From NCBI GenBank assembly GCA_951406725.2, contig OX597822.1:9920001-9984000 (forward strand): DNA of 64,000 nt, read 5' to 3'. Every line of letters starts with the position of its first letter. Within the stretch, counting starts at the first letter, position 1. The translations under genes were made by a program, and so were the position numbers. The stretch comes from Octopus vulgaris (lineage: Eukaryota). The notes below the pieces were generated by a model that saw only the letters and a list, made by a program, of their open reading frames with translations, was not told where the DNA came from and ran no database searches. Below are positions 1 to 12,689 of the stretch, one piece after another.

Positions 1-71
1 TGTTTATGTATGTGTGTATGTATGTGTGTGTGTATGTGCGTGTGTGTATATATATATATATATATATACAT

Positions 72-122
<51 letters not shown>

Positions 123-151
123 CACATATATATACACATATATGCACACAA

Positions 152-250
<99 letters not shown>

Positions 251-259
251 TTTCAATAT

Positions 260-462
260 GTGAGCGCGTGTGTATCGTTGGCGATTTTCTTTCTCCGTCT
301 TCCCTTCTTTGGACTTTTTCTACATTTCTGACGAAGAGCTCCGCTCGAAACGTTAAATCCTCTTTCTTTTCTTTCCTTTCCTGCGCGTCCAAAAACACTG
401 TACTTATTCCACGTGCTCGCGTTATTGTTTTTTTTTGCTTGTTCACGTTTGGATTAACTATA
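260..462 (+). mobile_element. PLE-type terminal repeat fragment carrying a minimal hammerhead motif
   Basis: Near-identical copies at 8235-8440 and 25428-25636, partial copy at 14420-14512 (-); flanked by (TA)n; contains CTGACGA-A-GAGC-TCC-GCTC-GAAA-CGTT. Confidence 0.7.
325..357 (+). ncRNA. Minimal type I hammerhead ribozyme motif (PLE type)
   Basis: UUU CUGACGA A GAGC ucc GCUC GAAA CG UU AAA: intact core, 4-bp stem II, palindromic ACGU stem III, short stem I. Confidence 0.65.
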
Positions 463-477
463 TTATATATATTATAT

Positions 478-516
<39 letters not shown>

Positions 517-519
<3 letters not shown>

Positions 520-870
520 GGCGGCCCAAAAGTAAGTTTACAGTTATCCAACTATTCCTTTCGCATTCATATTTTAACAGTTTGATCCTAATTATTAAAA
601 AAGTTTGAACCCATTATTCTATGCTGATTTAGTTTTATATATATATATTATTGTTGTATTTTTATATAATATATATATATTATTGTTGTATTTTTTACGC
701 CAAATAAACACTCGTTTATTACTGTTCTTATTCTAATTCGTCTAGCCGGTTCTGAAGATATCACAGGTTGGGTGGCCTTTCCATATATTTTCAGTCAATC
801 AATCGATCAGTTGACAAGATTGAACCATGAATACATTCAAACGCTCTAATAATTGAATTATTTCTGCCGA
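517..870. mobile_element. Tc1/mariner-like remnant (one TIR)
   Basis: TA-CAGGGCGGCCCAAAAGTAAG terminus typical of Tc1-like TIRs; second TIR not found. Confidence 0.4.
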
Positions 871-876
871 TTTTCT

Positions 877-885
877 ACACACACA

Positions 886-917
<32 letters not shown>

Positions 918-1148
918 TACACACACAGACATACACATATACACACATGCACACACACACACACATACACACTCACATACACATACACACACACATACAC
1001 ATACACACACATACACACACATACACACATACACACACACATACACACACATACACACACATACACACATACACACACATACACACAGACACACATACAC
1101 ATACACACATACACATACACACACACACATACACATGCACACACACAC

Positions 1149-1179
<31 letters not shown>

Positions 1180-1192
1180 TATACATACATAC
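877..1192. repeat. (CA)n/(CATA) microsatellite
   Basis: Direct reading. Confidence 0.95.
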
Positions 1193-1212
1193 AGATACAC
1201 GTTTTGTACACG

Positions 1213-1390
1213 TAGGTGCAGGCGTTGTTGTGTAGTAAGACATTTGTTTTCTGCCCATGTGGTTCCGAATTCAGTCTCACTACCTGGTAAATTGAGCAAG
1301 CTTCAGGCCGATCAAAATAGTTGTATTTGAAGACGGAAACTGAAGGAAGCCAGTTGTGTGTGTGTATATATGCTAGGGGGACAAACACAA

Positions 1391-1427
<37 letters not shown>

Positions 1428-1598
1428 CATATATACGACAGGCTTCTTTCAGTTTCCGTCTACCAAATCCACTCACAAGGCATTGGTCGGCCCGGGGCTA
1501 TAGCAGAAGACACTTGCCCAAGATGCCAGGCAGTGGGACTGAACCCGGAACCATGTGGCTCGTAGGCAAGCAACTTAACACACAGCCACTCCTACGCC

Positions 1599-1676
<78 letters not shown>

Positions 1677-1820
1677 TGTGTGTGTGTACTTAAGTACATC
1701 TGTGTATCTATCTTTGTGTCTGTGCTTGTTTCCCACTCCCACTTGACAACCGGTGTTGGTGTGTTTACATTTCCGTAAATTAGAGGCCTGTGGAATAATT
1801 ACCAGGCTTAAAAATAGTAC
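1213..1820 (+). mobile_element. Old SINE family A copy, interrupted by a younger copy
   Basis: Degenerate head at 1213-1353 and tail at 1700-1820 match the family at 59630-60052. Confidence 0.6.
1370..1600 (-). mobile_element. SINE family A (5' half)
   Basis: Reverse complement of GGCGCAGGAGTGGCTGTGTGG...GGTTCAGTCCC...TTGGGCAAGTGTC head. Confidence 0.9.
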
Positions 1821-1844
1821 ATATAGATGCATATACATGTTTTA

Positions 1845-2223
1845 TTTTTATCTTTTAACTTGTTTCAGTTTTTAGACTGCGGCCATGCTGGAACACCGCC
1901 TTGAAGAAACTTAGTCGGACGAACTGACCCCAGTGCTTATTACCTTTTGAATATAATAAGTACTGGTACTCATCCTTTGGTCGGAGGGCTTGGTCCAGGG
2001 ACGTAAACACATCAACACCGGTTGTGAAGCTATACACAGTCACACACAGATATACATACATATACGATGGGCTTCTTTCAGTTTTCGTTAACCAAATTCA
2101 CTCACAAGACTTTAATCAGCTCTAGGTTATAATAGAAGACAATCTGGGCAAGGTGCCACGCAGTGGGACTGAACCCGGAACTGTGGTTAGAAAGCAAACT
2201 CCTTACCACAGAATCATGTTTGC

Positions 2224-2228
<5 letters not shown>
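1845..2228 (-). mobile_element. SINE family A
   Basis: Head and CAGCATGGCCGCAGTC...CTGAAACAAG tail both present. Confidence 0.85.
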
Positions 2229-2288
<60 letters not shown>

Positions 2289-2308
2289 CATACATTCATA
2301 CATACATT

Positions 2309-2339
<31 letters not shown>

Positions 2340-3045
2340 GCACATATATATATATACATATACATACATATTCTCACATACACACGTATATATGCTCAAT
2401 TATATTTACTCACACAGACACACACGCTCTGGCAGATATGAAAACAGTCAGAGAAAGTGAAAGAGATAGTGAGTCAGAGGGAGGGAGAGAAGGTGGGTGA
2501 GAATGAGTACGAAATCGACCCAAAGTCTTTTGATAGGAAGTGTCATTGGGTACCCAGGTGTAAAGTTCACTTATCGTATTTTACGGAACCAGGAGAATAG
2601 TTGAGAAGACCGCGTTGCTATGAAGGAAGGACTTGTACATATAGAAATATAAATGTTTATTAAATTGCTGTATCTTTACTGCGTTGGTGCGTACGTCTTG
2701 TATGTAGGTTCGTCGTTGTATTGTGTCCGTGCGTGTATTGTTGTGTAAACATGTGCCTGCATACAGACAGACAGACATACGTACATACACACAAACCACA
2801 CACACACACACACACACATATACACAAACACATATATAAAAAGGCGCAGGTGTGGCTGTGTGTTAAGAAGCTTGCTTCCAAACTACATAGTTCCAGTTTC
2901 AGTCCCACTCCGTGGCACCTCGGACAAGTTTCTTCTACTATAGACTCGGGCCGACCAAAGCCTTGTAAGAAGATTTGGTAGACGGAAACTGAAAGAAGCC
3001 CTCATATATAATAATAATAATGATAATAATAATAATAATAATAAC

Positions 3046-3089
<44 letters not shown>

Positions 3090-3091
<2 letters not shown>

Positions 3092-3627
3092 TTAGGGAAT
3101 AAATATTATTCCAACCTTACAGGTAAAATTCAGTATAATAATATTAGACCGAATTTCGTAATATATAATATATAATATATGTAAATAAGTAATTTAGAGA
3201 CGAACCTAAAAAAGTTTAGGAATTTGACCTGAGGAGTGACTGCTTTTGGGAGTAAAATCATTTTCCCGTTCTAATGAACTTGGATATGGTTCTCTTATAT
3301 GATTTTATATAGTCCTAACTCAGCCATGATACGCGCGTAGTCAATGTACAAGTACTTTTATACATTAATTTATTGTATTAATTTTATTGTTCAATTTATA
3401 ATTTATTTGACTTTAAATTAATATTTTTATGACGAATGTTTCTTTGTATAGTATTCACTGTGATTTTAAAAGTATTTGCCCTTATATATTATATGATTGT
3501 AATAATCTTACTGTTCAATATTACATATTATTAAAATTTTAGATTAGAATTCTGTATGTTATATGTCTCACAGAACGGCTTTGGACGGGTTCTTTGACTG
3601 AGTTGTGGAGTGGTGGTTCATCTCTAA
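3090..3627 (+). mobile_element. AT-rich PLE-type terminal fragment
   Basis: Start TAGGGAATAAAT...CTTACAGG resembles 40460 (+), 49918 (-) and 14350 (-); contains a decayed hammerhead. Confidence 0.55.
3224..3344 (+). ncRNA. Decayed type I hammerhead motif
   Basis: UUGAC CUGAGGA GUGACUG ... CAGCCAU GAUA CGCGCG UA GUCAA: perfect stem I and palindromic stem III; GAAA mutated to GAUA. Confidence 0.6.
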
Positions 3628-3892
3628 TATATATATATATATATATATATACATGCATGCATGTATAATTTTATGTGTGTTTGTCTTTGCGTCTGTATTT
3701 CTCCCCCTTGTTTTTTTTTTAAAAAGGCCTAGGGTCGTTTTGTTCGACTAAAACCCTTCAAGGCGGTGCTCCAACATGGCCGCAGTCAAATGACTGAAAC
3801 AAGTAAAAGAATAAACGAATATAAATATATATATATTTATCGTTCTCTCGTTGTTTTTTGTGTTTGCTGCCCTTCTTTTTTGTGATTTACTA

Positions 3893-4391
3893 CGAGGGAC
3901 GTTCAATACGTAATGCCTCTGACCCACTTTACATAGGAATCACCCCGAGTTACGCATTTCTCCCATCGTTTGATGCAGCTCTGGAGACCGTTTTTGTAGA
4001 AGACCCCAGCTTGGTCCTCCAACCACGACATGACTTCAGAAATCAAGGCTGCATCATCTGGGAAACGCTATCCTTTCAAAAACAATCTCATGGCTGGGAA
4101 GAGGTGAAAATCAGAGAGTGCAAGGTCAGGAGAGTAGGGGTTGGAGTTCATCAAAAGTCTCCCGTGGTGTGCGTCCTTTCAAATACAAAAACCGGATCAC
4201 TGCTCGACACTCAACAGGCTCCATTTCACACTTGACTCAGTTCAAACACCTGTACGTCAGAAACCACAGTAAGTTCAGAGCTGTAATTTGCCACTTACTC
4301 TATAGAGATATAAATAATTGCACATGCAAAATTTCAGCTAGATCAAACAACTGCAAGTGGGTCAGGGGCATTACTTATTGAACATCCCTCG
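3893..4391 (-). mobile_element. Internally deleted mariner element
   Basis: TIRs CGAGGGACGTTCAATACGTAATGCC / GGCATTACTTATTGAACATCCCTCG with TA TSDs; minus strand encodes PYSPDLALSDFHLFP. Confidence 0.9.
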
Positions 4392-4407
4392 TATATATAT
4401 ATATTCT

Positions 4408-4512
4408 CAGACACTGGGTGGCACCTTGGGCAAGTGCCGCTTTATAGCCCCGAATCGATCAAAGCCTTGTGAGTGGATGTGGTATATTGTGAACGGGATA
4501 TTGAGATGTATA

Positions 4513-4576
<64 letters not shown>

Positions 4577-4815
4577 CATCTGTGTGTGTTGTGTGTGTGT
4601 GTGTCTGTATCTTTGTGTTTGTGTTTGTCCCCGATCACCGCTGGACAACCGATATTGGTTTGTATGTGCGCTCACTCTCAAACGGTTCGCGCCCAAAAGA
4701 CCGATAGAATAAGAACTAGGCTTAAAAAGTAGTAGGGTTGATTCATTCGACTAAAAATTTTCATAATGAAGCCTTAGCATGGCCGCAGTCCAATGACTGA
4801 AACAAGTAAGAGGTT
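4408..4815 (+). mobile_element. SINE family A (5'-truncated)
   Basis: GGCACCTTGGGCAAGTG core and family tail. Confidence 0.8.
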
Positions 4816-4897
4816 AAGAAATAGATGATGATGATGATGAAGATGTATGTGTGTGTATGTGTGTGTGTGTTAGTTTCTCTAACAGTTTTTTTTTTTA

Positions 4898-4992
4898 TCA
4901 GCGCGTGGCCTAGTGGTTAGCGTATTGCACTCATGATTGCCAGATCCCGTTCCCGGGACTGGGCGGTGTGTTGTACTCTTGAGCAAAACACG
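4898..4992 (+). mobile_element. tRNA-derived SINE head (family C)
   Basis: GCGTGGCCTAGTGGTTAG A-box and CTTGAGCAAAACAC, as at 44195 and 14535. Confidence 0.65.
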
Positions 4993-5849
4993 GCGCGTTT
5001 CTCTGGTGCGGACGGGGGACCAGAATGTGAAAGTATATACCCAATATTTCCTCTACTTGACGTAAAAGGCGACTAAAAGGGGCTGAAGTAGGATTTGCAC
5101 TCCGACTTCTTAAAGTTCTCACCAGCGATGTCTACCCAAACAGACTCATGAGTTGAAGGGCTGTCGCCTGAATGATGCAGAGGCAAAATGCCCCCTCCCC
5201 TCAAGTGTAGTAGGAAATCAACAATGAATGGTGGATGAAGCGATGGGTTGTTAACAGTCCATGCTCCCCACTGCTGCTGCTACTATTAACCCTCCACTTC
5301 TACGACTACTACAACTACTACTACTACTACTACCACCACCACCGCCACTACCATCACTCTTACTATTGTGGAAAACTTTGTCGAAAGCCCTACTGAAGTC
5401 GAGATAGAAGGCATCTACAGTGGAGGCCTCTATCAGAGCATTTGGGATGTCCTCAAAATGATGCAGGAGTTCTTTTAGGCAGCCCCTGCCACTGCGGAAG
5501 CGATGCTGGTTGGGAATAAGGAGGCTGTTACTTTACAGGAAGAGAGTTACACGAGATCACACCACTCTCTCAAATAATTTGATGATATGAGTGAGATCGG
5601 ACGGTGATTTACTGCCAGCGATTTCTTGGCCTATAGGAAAACTGGGACAATCGACAGGGATAGGAAATTATCGTGATGTGCTCGCGCGAATAATCGGGAA
5701 TACACACATATATATATATGGTTATAAATGTTTATGTATGAATGTCTACCTACCCCCCCCTACTTACCGATCTACTTACCGATCTACCAACCAACCAACC
5801 TACCTACCTACCTACCTACCTACCTACCTACCTACCTACCCACAAACTA

Positions 5850-5924
<75 letters not shown>

Positions 5925-5955
5925 CGTATATATATATATAATATATTATATATAT

Positions 5956-6061
<106 letters not shown>

Positions 6062-6125
6062 ATAGTGTGTATGAACTGAAAGAAAGTGAAAGAAAGAAAG
6101 GGAGACACAGAGAGACAGACAGAGA

Positions 6126-6241
<116 letters not shown>

Positions 6242-6686
6242 GTGCGAGTAAGCAATACGTAGATATTTATCTATCTAAGATAGATAATGCTTTGTTTTCT
6301 CTGAAATTCCTGGAGCCTTACCAGACATAGAATCTTTTTGTTTTTGTTTTTCCTTTTTATTTAATGGCAAAATATGTGCGTTGGGTTGAGGTGTGTTATG
6401 GGTGAAGTTTTCTCGCGGCAGCGGCATTGAATAATATCAGATTGGGTGGGAAGGAAGCAGGGGTAGTAGCTAGATTAGTCATAGAGTCCAGGTTGGTCAG
6501 CAACCATTTCTGATTGATTACTCTTTCTAGAAGAGATTTGCACTGTGTAACTCACTCATTCGCGCGCACACACCACATACGCGCATATACGCACGCACAC
6601 ACGTACACACATACCTCCACATAAGCATATAGGAGATATGTCTCTATATGCATACACACACACACACAAACATATACATACGTATA

Positions 6687-6719
<33 letters not shown>

Positions 6720-6884
6720 GCATGTATACATAAAAATATGTCCATATACATGTGCATGTGTGTAATTGGTGAATACTATGCGCGTGTGCTTGTTTAGGTC
6801 ATACATTTTACATATATGTGTGTATATACATATATATGTGTGTGTGCGTATACATACATACACACACACACTCACGCATATAAC

Positions 6885-7645
6885 ATCTGTCTGTGCGCGG
6901 ACTGGCTTTGCACAGGGGCCATCCGGACTCCCGCCTTCACAGTGGACAGGGATTAATCTTCTCGCTTCGCTCTTTTGCACCACATGGGCTCATCTCATAT
7001 TCTCTCTTCCTCTGGCACCAACCTCATCTCCTCTCTTCGCTTGATACCAAACCCACACCACTTCACACACATTTGCACTGACCACTTCCCAGCACCCTCA
7101 CCACACACCAGCATGCACACTCCCACACCTACACAAGCACATAATAGCGGAAAAGAGACAAGATATACTTTCATATCCATGCAAGCACGTAATACCTAAA
7201 CACAGACTATATATGCATATACACACAATACGCATTAACACACGCAACATACATAGACAAAGATAACTTTCGCCCACATACATACACCACAGACATGCAC
7301 ACTGTTTGGTCACAGACAGACACACACACACATTTCACACGCACACCATTCTCACATATACATAAACGCACGCGTACCTTCTCTTGTTGGGATCACTAGC
7401 ACTTTATTATCTCCCTTTCATTCAACCTCTTTTTTTTTCCCAATCATTCGCCATGTTGGACTGCTGAAATTTTCAAGATTTTTTCATTCTCTCTCTCTGT
7501 TTATTTCATCTAATTCCTTTCTGTTGAAGAGCGTAGACTCGAAACGTAAAAGACTTTTTCTTTTTTCCTGAGCGTCAAACTAATACACTTGCCTCTTGTT
7601 TATACACCTGCCTTCATCTCATGTTTTTCTATCAATTTCAACTAT
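6885..7645 (+). mobile_element. Penelope-like element 3' end (GIY-YIG C-terminus, UTR, hammerhead)
   Basis: Encodes QGLIFSLRSFAPHGL, matching the RE..I..L....P.GLN end of PLE GIY-YIG endonucleases; hammerhead motif at 7517-7552; ends in (TA)n; second copy at 28491-29285. Confidence 0.75.
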
Positions 7646-8099
7646 ATATATATATGTATGTATGTATGTATATATGTATGTATGTACATTCGTTTATATA
7701 CACACAGTTAAATATACATAGTTAAATACTTGTATGCAAATATGTACATGCACACGCATTATGTTTATATGTATATATAGATATATATGTGTGTGTATGT
7801 GTGCGTACTATATCCACGCACATAAATATGCATGCAAAAAGTATGCATTTATCATCCGTAATTCAGATACACCATAACACGAAAGACGTATATCTAGACA
7901 GATCCAAGCGCCATAAATTACTTTTAAATTTAGCAGATGTCTCTAAATAATGGCCTGAAACAGATGTCACTCGAGAGTACTTTTTCGCAGTAGTAGCCTA
8001 TCGACCTAGACATTCATCTCTCTGTATACCTCTCTCTGTTTCAATCTCTCACTCTCTCTATCTTTCTCTCTCTCTCTCTTTCTCTCTATTTATCTAGAC

Positions 8100-8220
8100 A
8101 TTCTTTTATTGTTTTAAATGTTTCAGTCATTTGACTGCGGCCATGCTGGAGCACCGCTTTGAAGGGTTTTATCGAATAAATCGACCCCAACGCTTATTTC
8201 TTAAACCTAGTACTTATTCA
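8100..8220 (-). mobile_element. SINE family A tail
   Basis: TGTTTCAGTCATTTGACTGCGGCCATGCTGG. Confidence 0.85.
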
Positions 8221-8234
8221 CATACATACTTTAT

Positions 8235-8440
8235 GTGACCGCGTGTGTACCGTTGGCGATTTTTTTCCCTCTAACTTCCCTTCTCTGGATTTTTCCTTCT
8301 CCTATGTTTTCGACGAAGAGCTCTGCTCGAAGCGTCAAACCCTCCTTCTTTCCTTCTTTCCTGAGCGTCCAATAATACTATATTTGTTCCACGTCGTCGC
8401 GTTGTTGTGGTCTTTTGTGCTTTCTTGTTTGGATTAACTT
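8235..8440 (+). mobile_element. PLE-type terminal fragment with decayed minimal hammerhead
   Basis: Homologous to 260-462. Confidence 0.7.
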
Positions 8441-9417
8441 TCCGCGTCGGTTCGATTTTTGAGCTCCTTCTCTCGCAGGGAACCATCAGGACGCTTGAAA
8501 AAGTGGTTGTCAATAGGAGAAAGGTGAGGAGAATAAGCTGGGTGGGGGAGAACTTCGTAGCCAAGTTCCATCAACTTCTGGATCGTTATTAGGGAAACAT
8601 GTGGTCGAACATTGTCATGAAGAATTATTGGCTCTCTTCTGTTGACCAGTCCGGGACGAATGAGTAGCAGTTTTTCGTTCATTTTGACAATTTGATGGCA
8701 ATATGTTCCTGTACTAATGGTTTTTCCGGGCTTTAAGAAATTATAGTGGATGAGTCCAGCAATACCCCACCAAACAGTCACAATAACCTTCTGTTTGAAG
8801 ATCTTGGGTTTAGGGAAAGTATTCAGTGCTTCATTTTGGTCCAACCACTGCGAAGAACGTTTTTCTTATTATTGTACAGAATCCACTTTTCATTGCAAGT
8901 TACAATACAGTCAAGAAATGGATTACAGAGAAGAAGTGACGAGCAAAGTTCATATCTGCGCATTTTCTGATTTTCATTCAAATCGTGTGGTACCCATTTC
9001 TCGAGCTATTCTGATTTTCCGATCGCATGCAAATTGTTGCAGGCAGTTTTCTGTCTAACTTGAAGTTTTTTTTAGCCAGTTCTCCCTATTCTCGAGTGGT
9101 TTTATGTGGATCTTTCTTAATAACGGTCTTTAATTGACCGTCATCCATGACAGATGGGCGTTCACTAGGCTCACGATCTTTAAGGGTTAGGTCTCTACTG
9201 CAAAATCGTTTTTATTTTCGAGCTGACCACTCACTGGTCAGTTCCTCACCAAAAGTTTCGCTGATATCGCGAGCAGTTTCAGCTGTTTATGTCCTTTTTT
9301 ATTGATGCACTTAGGCAAGTCTATGTCTGTATTATCAGACAATTGCAAAAAAATGTTTTAAAAGATTAAAAACTGCAAAATCATAGTGGGAAACATTGCT
9401 TATTTTTTACTCAACCT
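8441..9417 (-). pseudogene. Mariner transposase remnant with one TIR
   Basis: ORF 8434-8844: VWWGIAGLIHY, LHDNVRPH, LPHPAYSPHLSPIDNHFF; upstream part frameshifted; AGGTTGAGTAAAAAATAAG TIR-like end at ~9417. Confidence 0.9.
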
Positions 9418-9478
9418 CTCTCACACACAAACACACACACTCACGCACACACACACACACACATATCAAAATAAGCAA

Positions 9479-9630
9479 CGAGGATGTCCAGAGGTAATGC
9501 AGTACAATTGTTTCATGCAACTCCATGTAATTGAACAATGCAGTCCTTACATCAGTTTAAAATGCATGCATTCTTCAGTTAAATGAAGTTGCATGAAACG
9601 ATTGTACTGCATTACCTCTGGATATCCTGA
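9479..9630. mobile_element. MITE-like fold-back, mariner-type terminus
   Basis: ~60-bp inverted arms at 9481-9541 and 9568-9628, starting CGAGGATGTCCAG. Confidence 0.75.
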
Positions 9631-9759
9631 GTTTAAATTTAAATTTAAAATAATAAGAGTGAGAAATTGAATATCAATTTGATTAATACGAACTGAAAAC
9701 CAGTGGTGTAGCATATAAGACCATAGCAGACCTTCTAGCAAAATGGATGTCCACTGTTA

Positions 9760-10064
9760 ATGGTTCATCCCTCTTATATAAAAGTTTGACTTTAATAGTT
9801 TCAATATTAAAGTGAAAGTATCTGACATTACAATAGAGAGATGTTTTTGTTTCACTTTTAACACGTAATACTGAAATAGTAGAGAATATATGATATTGCT
9901 GTGGGCTCGCCTTTGGCAAGGAGTTAGCCCATAACACTGCATGGACCCTAAGTAAGGCATGTGTAAAATTTGAATAAAATTGGTTGGGTAGTTCTCAAGT
10001 TTTAGGGATTCACACAGACAGACAGACAGATAAACAGACACATTCTCAGTTTTATATATATAGA
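9760..10064 (-). mobile_element. Non-autonomous Helitron-like fragment
   Basis: Minus strand starts TCTATATATATAAAA followed by (TGTC)n; homologous to 63395-63752. Confidence 0.6.
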
Positions 10065-10149
10065 TGAATGTATATATTGATATATGTGTATTTATAGACA
10101 TAGAAGAGCGCGCACACACACATATATATATATAAAAACACATATACAT

Positions 10150-10269
10150 GTATGTAAATATATAAGAGAATGTTTCTGTGCATGAGTGTGAGTGTGTGTG
10201 TGTGCATATGTATGTATGTGTGTATGCATATATGTGTATATGTTTGCATACACAAACATATACACTTAA

Positions 10270-10317
<48 letters not shown>

Positions 10318-10462
10318 CATATCTATACATGCATATATGTATACATATATACATATGTACATACGTATATAGATATATTCAGACATACATATATATATAC
10401 ATATATATACATATGTATGTCTATAAATACACATACATCTATATATACATTCACACACACAG

Positions 10463-10493
<31 letters not shown>

Positions 10494-10563
10494 CATATTC
10501 ATATATATATATAAGTATATTTGTTTGTGTATGCAGACATATATAACATACACACATACATAT

Positions 10564-10599
<36 letters not shown>

Positions 10600-10716
10600 A
10601 TACCTTCTCTTATATATTTACATGCATGCATGCGTGCGTGTGTGTATATATATATATATAGGTGTTTGTGTGTGTGTGTGTGTATCTATACATATGTGTG
10701 TGTGCGTATGTGAGTG

Positions 10717-10763
<47 letters not shown>

Positions 10764-10772
10764 ATCTATCTA

Positions 10773-10806
<34 letters not shown>

Positions 10807-10901
10807 GATAGATATATACATGCATACATACATACATACATACATACATACATACATACATACATACATACATACATACATACATACATGTGTGTGTGTG
10901 T

Positions 10902-10973
<72 letters not shown>

Positions 10974-11348
10974 ATTGTAATCATCAATCACTTGAATCAC
11001 TATGCCCGTTGCTTGTTCGCCTGCATTAACCTTTTAATCCAGTTTTCCGTACAGTGTTATTGAGTAAGTATAGATAATATAAATTAGCAACCGGCTCAGA
11101 AATACCACATGTCAATCGAACCCGGTCGATGTTTAGTGCAAACTACTTATAAATCACACAAACAAGTTCATAGACGGATTTATTGGTGACACCTTTTCTT
11201 TCCTTGTGTTTGTATTTGTGTGGATAAATATATATATATGTATATGTATATGTATATATATATATGTATGTATATATGTATATATATATATATGTATATG
11301 TATATATACATATATATACATATATGTATATGTATATATACATATATA

Positions 11349-11391
<43 letters not shown>

Positions 11392-11466
11392 GTGCGTGCG
11401 TGTATATGTATATGTATATGTACATGTATATGCATATATATATACACATACACAGACACGCTCATA

Positions 11467-11501
<35 letters not shown>

Positions 11502-11638
11502 ATATATATATATATATATATACATCTATACACACACACACACATATATATATACACATGTCAATACATATTTACATACATACATAGACACATACACACA
11601 CGCATATTCATTTATACACGTACGCATTACCTTGAATA

Positions 11639-11689
<51 letters not shown>

Positions 11690-11780
11690 CGTACACATAC
11701 ATGCACAGCAGAGTTACACACAGACACAAACACACACAGATGCAGACACACACATACACAGACACACACACATACACTCA
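10150..11780. repeat. Compound TA/CA/CATA/TATC microsatellite field
   Basis: Direct reading. Confidence 0.9.
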
Positions 11781-11802
11781 TATATGTTCAAATAATAATT
11801 AG

Positions 11803-12370
11803 AAACAGCGCTAGGGTTGTCGATATTATCGACCGCAAATAACCAACGCCCGAACCGCGATCGTTCGCCGGTAGGCTGTGGTTTAGCGCGATGGGGATGA
11901 CACCCTCAAAGTGCCGGTGTAAAAAAACACCTGGAAGTCATAGATAGGCAAGACACCTCGCCCCAAATCCCATTCTAGAGAGATGGATATCGATATTTTG
12001 TCATTTTTGTTGCTCATGAGCATGACTTAGCTGAACCGAATTGGAGGCGAACTGGATGACCAGTCTATGACTATATGCAAATAGTGTAACCCCTCCCAAA
12101 AAAATCATTTGGTGGTGTACCACGACGATGCATGCGCAAGAATGAATTCAAATATGAATTAAAAACAGCGCTAGTGTTTTAAACATAATCGGCAACACAT
12201 ACTGCTTGTTCGCAGGTAGGCTGCGGATTAGGGAGGCGGGAGGATGTCTCCCTCAAAGGGCTTTAAAACACCTGAAAGTCGTAGACTGGCGAGACAACTC
12301 GCTCCAAATCCCATTCAGAAGCGATGGATACCAAGTTTTAGTCATTTTTGTGGCTTATCAAGTATGAAAT
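11803..12370. repeat. Diverged tandem duplication, period ~360 bp
   Basis: AAACAGCGCTAG at 11803 and 12163; shared GGTAGGCTG, CCCTCAAAG, AAACACCTG, CCAAATCCCATTC, GATGGATA, GTCATTTTTGT. Confidence 0.8.
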
Positions 12371-12459
12371 GTCGATAATGCTTACAACAATAGCATTGCT
12401 TCTTATTCCTATTTGAATTTAATCTTACGTATACATCGTCAAGACATACCAGTAAATTG

Positions 12460-12632
<173 letters not shown>

Positions 12633-12689
12633 ATAAAATAATATCAATAATATATATGTATATATATATATATATGCATGTATGGGTAT

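Larger units (their letters stand above)
2842..3815 (+). mobile_element. SINE family A split by an insertion in its internal microsatellite
   Basis: Head at 2842-3003, tail at 3670-3815. Confidence 0.8.
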
